This document shows positions 55,765-64,000 of a DNA stretch of 64,000 nt, piece after piece. The translations under genes and the position numbers were made by a program. A model generated the notes under the pieces. The model saw nothing but the letters and a program-made list of their open reading frames with translations, had not been told where the DNA came from and made no database searches. Location: positions 309,380,001-309,444,000 of the forward strand of contig OZ024740.1 in assembly GCA_964016885.1 (NCBI GenBank), written 5' to 3'. This DNA is from Eledone cirrhosa (taxonomy: Eukaryota). How positions within the stretch are numbered: position 1 is the stretch's first letter; each line of letters opens with the position of its first letter.

Positions 55765-57608
55765 ATGGAAAGACGAAATGAAAATGTAAAAACGAATTCA
55801 TATCCGAACAACACAAATGAGACCAAGCAGTTCAATGACAACAAAAATAACAGCAACACCAATAATGATGATAAAAGCAACAATGATAACAACAACAAAG
55901 AAAAAAATAAAGACAACACCAATAACACCAGCATCAAAGACAACAACAACACCAAGGAAAATACGAATAATATCAACATCGGTGACAACAAGAATAACAA
56001 CAGCAATAACAACAATAATGACAACACCACCAATACGGATAATTCCACAAAGAAACCAAAAATCTCCTTTGCAGAGACAGTTCAGAAAAGGGAGGAACTG
56101 ACATATCTCGACATAACAAATGTCGAACAACTTTTAAAGGACGCTAGGAGATACAGTATGTCACTTTCGAAAAAAATGGTGCTTTCAGCATCAATTCTCC
56201 GGTAGAAATTCGCTAGGAAACTGCTCTCAAAACGATAGTTTTTAGGACAGTTTCCAATTCTACCCGAAAACCAGTCCAATTGTCACAGAAAGAAATTGAA
56301 TGGTTTTCAAAAATTCAATGAATGATATTGCATTCATTCAAAGAAGCAAACTTTTTGGGAGTATTTCGGTACTCATGAAGGATCAATTGACGGCCCAAAA
56401 TTACTCTCTGTCGCCAATTGTATCCAACCTGTACACCTTTTTCCCTACATACATGGGAAAAAGGACACAAAAGATCAAAATCACGAGTGTCACACCAAAG
56501 GTGAACATATGGTGGATACTGTGCGGCTTCATCAATTTTGATGAAGACAGAATACTGTCAGTAGGAAAGTCCCCCAGAGATGTATTCAATGGGACTAGCA
56601 TTGAAGTTCTGGTGCAAATGAGCCCAGAGCGAATAGCTATGATCCCACAACATGTACTCCTGGACGGACTCACCTACATAAACTTTTCGGTTGAGGGTAG
56701 GCGGCCTTCATGTTACCATTGCTTTAGCAGGGGGTCACCTGAGGGTTCCTGTCCTAAATTAATGAATAAAAAAAGCTCTTCTGCCGACACCCATCAAAAC
56801 AACACAACCACCAACACCACCACAACAACAACAACACCAACACAACAACAACAACACCAACACACAAAAATAACCACAACACAGTCCCACCCAACCCCAC
56901 TCCACCTAAAACCACTGCAAAATCACATACAGACACAACAGCTCCCCAAGACATACCCCTCCCCAATCACACAGACGATACAACAGATGAGGCTATCTCG
57001 CCATCACCCAGTGAAGACAAGGGAGAACCCCATCGCTCGAAAAGAAAGAAAAGACACCACAAAAGCAAAAAACCAGCAAACACTACCACAAACATACAAC
57101 CACCAACACAAACAACAAAAACATCACAAACAAAACCCCACCTCCTGAAAACAAAATATCTACAACAAAACGAAAGCACACACAAGAACTACAGACAAAA
57201 ACAAACACAACACAAGAAAATTACACTTACACTTACATAAACACTGAAAACAAAACACTAATGGAGACCATCACGAACGACCCTTCGGTGAAAACCGAAG
57301 GGAAAACTTTCGCCCACTCTATTAAAAATAGCAAAAAACTGAACCTAAAACTGATTAGGGTCCCTATACAAACTTATAGGTCCCTAAAAGAAACATTTGA
57401 GAAGGATGTGGGGAATTCCTGCGTGAAACCACTCAACCGCGTCCTTCTCAAATGTCTCCCCACCCCAGGCACCCCCATCCCACCAGACCCCACCCCACCA
57501 AACATCTCCGTCCCCACCCCGCCGGAAACCAACACCCATCCAGACAACCCCTCCAACACCCCCATGGAAATCGTGCGGCCTGGTCCCCAGGAGACGAAGG
57601 GTGAGTGA
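55765..57608 (+). pseudogene. LINE ORF1 (disrupted)
   Basis: Asn-rich N-terminus, ISFAETV, VEGRRPSCYHC..CP knuckle-like motif, Thr/Gln/Pro-rich tail; split over several ORFs. Confidence 0.7.
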
Positions 57609-57641
57609 TCTCTTTTCCTCTTTTAACTTTTCAGCACCAAC

Positions 57642-60600
57642 ATGACCAATATAAGAGTTGGATGTGTGAACGTACGCGGCCTGGGGATGCCCTGGAAACA
57701 GGGCAAACTCTTAAACGACCTCAGGTCGCACAGTATGGATGTGGTAGCCATTTGCGAGTCCAGGATCCACAGCGAACGACAGCTGGCCCCCATCTTCGAT
57801 GACTTTGAGATTTACGCATCTCTCTGTCAACCGGGGGGTGGGGGCGGAGTTGCCGTTTTGCTGCGGAAACACCTGGGCCTCGTAACACAGACGGTACATC
57901 TGGACCCGGAGGGTCGACTGGTGGTCCTAGACGTTGACGATAGTGAAGGTCGAGCCTTCAGGCTGGTGGCCGCATATGCCCCATCCGGGACACCGCGGCC
58001 AGACTTCTTCAAACGTCTAGAGACTTTTCTGGGAACATCCCGCTCCTTGCTTTTAGTGGGGGACTGGAATGGAATCCTAGATGCACGTTGGGACTATGTG
58101 GGAGCATGTCCCGATAAAGGGGGGTGTAACAGCCTCAAACAGTTAATCGACCGATTTGACCTGGCCGATAGATATCGACTAGATTTTCCGACTGCGCCAC
58201 TGTGGACGTGGAGTAATCGTAGCGGAACATCTAGATCGTACCTAGATAGGGTTCTAGTTAGACATAAGGATAGGGACATGTTAAACTGTCCACAAATGTT
58301 CATGGTTGCCTATTCAGATCACAAACTAGTGACCTGCATGGCCAACCTTGATAGAACCCATAGACAAGGACCCGGCTACTGGAAGCTGAACTTGTCGTTA
58401 CCGACAAGCAAAGCCTACAGTAGACGGATTAGCACTTTAGTTAAACAGCACTTGACAGGGGCCATTGTCAACAACAGATGGTGGTACTCTCTCAAGAGGG
58501 CAGTTAGATTAGACTCGATAGTTTTTAGTAAAGAATTAGCGTTAGATAGAAATAGAACCGAGAAGGAACTGGTAGATAAAGTAGAAGAGGCAAATAGAAG
58601 TGGCAACGTAGCCAGCGTGCTACCAACGAGAACGGCCTTGGACCAGTTCTTCGACGCAAAGCACGAGGGCTGCGTTGTCAGAAGCAAAATACGTGCTCTG
58701 GGAAACGAGGGAGCCAAAGCTGTTAGCTGGGCCCGAGTGACGGAGGCAAAAAGTGGCAACAAGTCCACGATTCGGTCTTTGAAGGACCAAAACGGACGCG
58801 TGATACGTGAGCCGAAGCAGATGTGTGCGGCTTTTCAGCGGCACTTTGCTCAACTGTTCGGGAGAGGCAGCGCGCCGGGAGAGGCTATGGATTTCGGTCC
58901 ATATCTCGACGGCCTACCGCGACTCTCGGACAGCGAGGCAAAGTTCTGCGAAAAGCCGATTTCAGCCGCTGAGATAGGGGACGCGCTGAGCCAATGCGGC
59001 AAACGCAAATCTCCAGGTCTCGACGGTCTACCCTACGAATTTTACGTAGCAATGCCGGACTTATTCTCCGGTCTCCTGGAAGCGGTCTACTGCAACTGGC
59101 AACAGAACGGGAGAATTCCCAGTTCTGTAACCGGGGGCGTGGTCACACTAATCAGGAAGGACGAGAATAAGGGGGATGACATAGGCAACTTCCGGCCCAT
59201 AACTCTGCTAAACACAGAGTTACAGATTTTGGCCAAGGTGTTGGCAAAGAGGCTGGCGCTTGTCGTCGAGAACCTGGTGGGAGAAGCGCAGACATGCGCA
59301 ATCCCGACCAGGTCCATACACGACAACCTCCACCTCATGCGATACATCATAGAGAGGGTAGGGTGTAAACCCGGCTTCAGTGGGGCCCTGATCAACTTGG
59401 ATCAGTCTAAGGCTTTCGATAGGGTTGACCATCGTTACCTGGATGCGGTGCTCGAGGCGGCAGGCTTCGGACCCGTTTTCAGGGGCTGGATTGCTGCAAT
59501 GCACAACAGCAACATCTGCTCAAGGGTCAAGGTGAACGGCTACCTCTCGGAGCCGTTCCATATTACGCGATCCATTCGACAGGGATGCCCTCTCTCCTCC
59601 CTTCTGTACGTACTGAGTCTCGAGCCACTACTGTGGAAGCTGGAGCTATTGCAGGGCATCCCTCTGGAACCGGGACTGCGGAAAGCGACGTCGGCCTACG
59701 CCGACGACGTGACAGTAATGGTGTCGAGCGCCTCGCAAATCGAGGAAGTCGGCACCTTACTGAAGGAATACGAAAGTTTCACAGGAGCGAAGCTGAACCG
59801 GGACAAGTCCATCGGTTTGCAACTCGGATCGTGGAGAGGCAAACCGATGCCTTCCGATGGCGTCGTCGGACGCTGGACGGAAGGACCGGTAAAGCTGCTC
59901 GGGGTCTGGTTTGGTCCGGACCTCCAGGTGGAGAAGAACTGGAACGAAGTGACGGCCAAGGTGTTTGCACTCACCCAGAAGTGGGCCGAGTGCAAACTAT
60001 CCTTGAAAGGTCGAGCGGAGGTGGCGAACACTTTTATAGCGTCCGCCATCTACTACCGCTTGACCGTCGTGCCTTGTCCAGCCAAAACGCTCGCCAAAAT
60101 GGAGCGCGCGCTCTTCCGATTCCTTTGGAAGAGGCGGGCTCCTTTGGTGAGAAGATCCATCTGCTGCTAACACCCTTCTAACGGAGGGCTGGGGATGCCG
60201 TAGTTGACGATGCGCAAACACGCGCTCTGGCTGCGGCATCTCTACGTATTCCTCACCGGACAACCGGTGTGGGCCCCGTTCGTGAGGCGAGCCTTCCCAC
60301 GACTCGTCTCGCTGACCGAGTTGCAGTCCTGGGTCAAGCAAAGACCGAGGAAAATGGGCGACTTGCACATCGAATGTGCTCAGGCGCTCACAGCCCTCTG
60401 GCAGGCGGACCCGGCGATCAGTGGAGACTCCACTTCGTCATTCTATAGGGGGTTGATCCGCAGCAAGTGCGACGACGCGCTCGGTGAAACTCTAGGCGTA
60501 GAGGAAGATGAACTGGCCAGTCTGTTCGGTAGGACATTCCGCCCGGGACCGATGGACAACTTCCAAAAGTCCCTGGCCTGGCAGTGCTACCGAGGAGCTC

Positions 60601-61079
60601 TACCAGTTCGAGACAAGCTCTACAGACATTTTAGCCCGGGCAGGGACCCTGCAAAAAAGATCTGTCCGAGGTGCGTGCGAGACGAAGAAACCGTCGCGCA
60701 CGCATTCATACAGTGCCCGGGCGGCACTGACCTGTGGGGCTATGTAGAACGACTATTGTCGCGGGTGGAACCAATCCGGTTGACCACCGAGTTCATTGTC
60801 ATGATCAAACCGCCACCCTCCTTCAAAAACGAAGGAGAGGCGGTTTTCCTTTGTGTGATAACTATGGCGAAAGAGGTTGTATGGTGGACAAGGTTGAAAG
60901 GGCTGAGGTCAGACACCTTTCTCTCCGGCCAACAACTGATTCTTTTTTTCAAATACCACTTTGGAAGAAGAATCAGGATGGAGAGAGAGGTGCTGTACCC
61001 CAGCAAGTTTTATGAAAGGTGGGTGAAAGTGGCGAGAATGGCCCGAGTGAATGGGCCTTCTCTCTATATCAGCCTGTAG
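57642..61079 (+). pseudogene. LINE ORF2 (AP endonuclease, RT, zinc finger) with two in-frame stops
   Basis: NVRG, GDWN, SYLD, SDH; KSPGLDG, DQSKAFDRV, RQGCPLS, YADD; CPRC..ETVAHAFIQC; stops at 60168-60170 and 60201-60203 in the same frame. Confidence 0.93.
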
Positions 61080-61129
61080 GTTGAGGAAAAGGAGGAGGAG
61101 AGGAAAGGAGTACAAACTCTTCGTACTCC

Positions 61130-61740
61130 TGGAGATGAGGGTTGCACATTTTTTTCGGGGGTATGTGTTACCCATATAAACTGTCTCCCCTATTGGGGAA
61201 AATCGACTAACTTTTTAAATTGCATTTGTGATAACATTTTACACGTTTTTATTGTATGTAAACTTCCCCCTTTGTATTTGTCCCCTTCTTTTGTGCCCCT
61301 GTGGCTAATAAAGAAACATATCTATCTATTGGAGATGAGGGTTGCACATTTTTTCGGGGGTATGTGTTACCCATATGAACTGTCTCCCCCTATTGTGGAA
61401 AATCGACTAATTTTTAAATTGCATTTGTGATAATATTTTACACGTTTTTATTGTATGTAAACTTCCCCCTTTGTATTTGTCCCATTCTTTTGTGCTCCTG
61501 TGGCTAATAAAGAAACATATCTATCTATCTATCTATTGGAGATGATGGTTGCACATTTTTTCGGGGGTATGTGTTACCCATATGAACTGTCTCCCCCTAT
61601 TGGGGAAAATCGACTAATTTTTAAATTGCATTTGTGATATTTACACGTTTTTATTGTATGTAAACTTCCCCCTTTGTATTTGTCCCCTTCTTTTGTGCCC
61701 CTGTGGCTAATAAAGAAACATATCTATCTATCTATCTATT
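61130..61740 (+). repeat. Triplicated LINE 3' UTR (about 200-bp units)
   Basis: Units start at 61130, 61330 and 61537; each ends ctaataaagaaacata(tcta)n. Confidence 0.95.
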
Positions 61741-61837
61741 TATCTCCAACAGGGGGCTCACACATGCGGCCCGCGAACTACTTATCTGTGGCCCGTGGTA
61801 GAACCAATATTTTATATCGCATTATAACTGGTGAAAA

Positions 61838-62055
61838 TAAGGTGGCGAGCTGGTGGAATCGTTAGCACATCTGGCGAAATGCTTAACGGTACTTCTTCTG
61901 TTTTTACGTTCTGAGTTCAAATTCCGCCGATCTCAACTTTGCCTTACATCCTTTTGGGGTCGATGAATTAAGTACCAGTTGTGTATTAGGATCGATGCAA
62001 TCGATCCCTAAACCCCAAATTTCATGTCTTGTTCCTATAGTAGAAATGAGTATAA
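61838..62055 (+). mobile_element. tRNA-derived SINE with flanking direct repeat
   Basis: gttcaaattccgccga..gccttacatccttttggggtcgat core; tataactggtgaaaat on both sides (about 61823 and 62051). Confidence 0.75.
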
Positions 62056-62428
62056 CTGGTGAAAATTTTCACGCACCACCACGTTTGGCCCACTGTGCCT
62101 CTCCTCCAGGACGTAATAGCCCTTTTGTGTCCTTGAGCTTGAGACCCCTCTTCTACCCCACCCCACATATATATTTTACTTTTTTTCTGTCTCTGGACTA
62201 CGCCCATGCTGGAGCATCACCTTGGTAGGTTATAGGGACGTCAACAAACCAACAAGCATTGGTGGGAGGGCAAACACAAGCGCAAAGACACAGACAGACA
62301 TATATACATATATACGACGGGCTTCTTTTAGTTTCGATCTATCAAATCCACTCACAGGGCTTTGGTCGGCTCAGGCAGTGGGACTGAACCCGGAAATATG
62401 TGGTTGGGAAACAAGCTTCTTGTCACAC

Positions 62429-62478
<50 letters not shown>

Positions 62479-62679
62479 CGTGCGTGTGTGTATAATATAT
62501 ATATTATACACACACACACACATATATATATATATAACTTTACGCACTTAAATATAAATGCATGTATATATATACAAATGTATAAATGCATAGCTAGCTA
62601 TATACATACGTAAATGTATGTATGTATATATGTATGTATGTATGTAGATTTATATATATGTATGTATATATGTATGTAG

Positions 62680-62741
<62 letters not shown>

Positions 62742-63120
62742 GTTTACATATATATAAAGTCATAGATATATATGTGTTTTGCAGCGGGTCACGTTGTGGC
62801 TCAATGAAGAATTAATATATTAAATAATCAGAGCTATATATCATAAAACATGTCTATAGAATCACTAGATAAAATATATACCGTTTCCTCTCCCAATTAG
62901 CATAATTAACCATATTAAAAAATCAATTAGACCAAGCTCTAAGAATAAAGGCTTCTATGAAGAAATCTCCAACAAATAACCGAAAGCAGCCCCTTCGCGG
63001 CGGTTACGACGGAGTATTTATCGAACATTTCGACAGCATGTATAAATGGACCAGATATACAGTCAACTAAACATAATTAAGTGTAAAATAAACTTGGAAG
63101 AAATGTGTACATATTTATTT

Positions 63121-63198
63121 ACCTCTACTATGGTTTCGTCCGTATTTTAAGACATCCGATAACAGGGGACATCCAGAGCTTCAGATTCATCAGGAGTT
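63121..63198 (-). ncRNA. Hammerhead ribozyme motif, 49-nt domain II
   Basis: rc: aactc CTGATGA atctg...cggac GAAAC cata GTA gaggt. Confidence 0.7.
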
Positions 63199-63399
63199 AT
63201 CTCAAATTTAGACAATTAATTTTCCAAAGTGATCGCGCCAAGAATACATTCAAAAATGGCTAAGAATCGTGACGTGGCAGCGGTCAAGTTAGAAAGGATG
63301 TGATTAGTTGCTTACGGTTGGTAGGTTTATTGCTAGAAAGCGCAGCCCAATACAGGAAACGGTATATATTTTATCTAGTGATTCTATAGACATGTTTTA

Positions 63400-63464
<65 letters not shown>

Positions 63465-63562
63465 CGATATTAACAAATGGAAACTATATTTATAAAACCA
63501 TATTTATTCCATTATACATATTTCAAGGACACCAAGTTAAATTATGGTGTGCTTTAATCAGA

Positions 63563-64000
63563 TAAAATATAATATAGATCAGTTTTATAAATAAATATTG
63601 ACATACTCTTAAAAAATGCAACCATTACTGTTGGAAGCTCCCGGATAGTGGAATTGTAGCTTTAATTATATTATTAGTATTGGATATTTTTATTTTTAAA
63701 ATAAGCCGTTGGGTTACGGAGAAAGAGAAAGATAGAGAAGGAAAGAGAGAGAGAAAGACCAGAACAACAGAGAGAGAAATATATATAGAGAGAGAGGAGA
63801 CAGAGAAAAGGAGAGAGAACGAAAAACTCTAAGTTGAGTTAACTTGTTGAGTTAACTTAACAATTGAGATGAAATGAATAAATAAAATTAGAAATGTTAA
63901 TAAAGCTACAACTCCACTATCCGGGAGCTTCCAACAGTAATGGTTGCATTCTTTAAGGGTATGTCAATATTTATTTATAAAACTGATCTATATTATATTT
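63563..64000. repeat. Inverted repeat with about 100-bp arms
   Basis: 63563-63665 is the reverse complement of about 63899-64000; the right arm runs to the window edge. Confidence 0.9.

Larger units (their letters stand above)
55451..61740 (+). mobile_element. Near-full-length L1/Tx1-type LINE
   Basis: ORF1 plus EN-RT-zinc finger ORF2; AATAAA followed by a (TATC)n tail. Confidence 0.93.

Noticed and set aside
55665-56130. Hydrophobic minus-strand ORFs as membrane proteins
   Set aside because: Antisense of the (AAC)-rich LINE ORF1 start
60168-60203. Programmed readthrough or selenocysteine in LINE ORF2
   Set aside because: The stops are TAA and TAG and are most simply point mutations

Overview
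AT-rich eukaryotic (animal) DNA made up mostly of (TA)n/(CA)n/(GATA)n microsatellites and transposable elements. The SINE and LINE content suggests an octopus-like cephalopod, which is an inference. Nearly all YI/HT-rich ORFs in the track are microsatellite artefacts. Supported elements: a full-length Gypsy-type LTR retrotransposon (42689-46938, minus; 304-bp LTRs, AATAG target duplication, -1 frameshift signal), a near-full-length L1/Tx1-type LINE inside (TATC)n with a triplicated 3' UTR, RTE and Vingi-like LINE fragments, mariner and hAT remnants, tRNA-derived SINEs, three Penelope-like element (PLE) protein remnants, and possibly two host exons. The main signal is non-coding. Short islands within the (TA)n tracts carry about 10 minimal type I hammerhead ribozyme motifs (CUGANGA...GAAA-Y-tetraloop-R-UH) with divergent stems, mostly palindromic loop III, and domain II of 11-101 nt. 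Several are followed 45-65 nt downstream by a second covarying hairpin (RCUC-stem-UU-GAGY, 12 copies seen). They occur as fold-back inverted repeats or as a direct-repeat retrozyme-like unit (41481-46966). This points to a family of (TA)n-targeting, PLE-derived ribozyme modules. All calls were made by eye and many boundaries are approximate.
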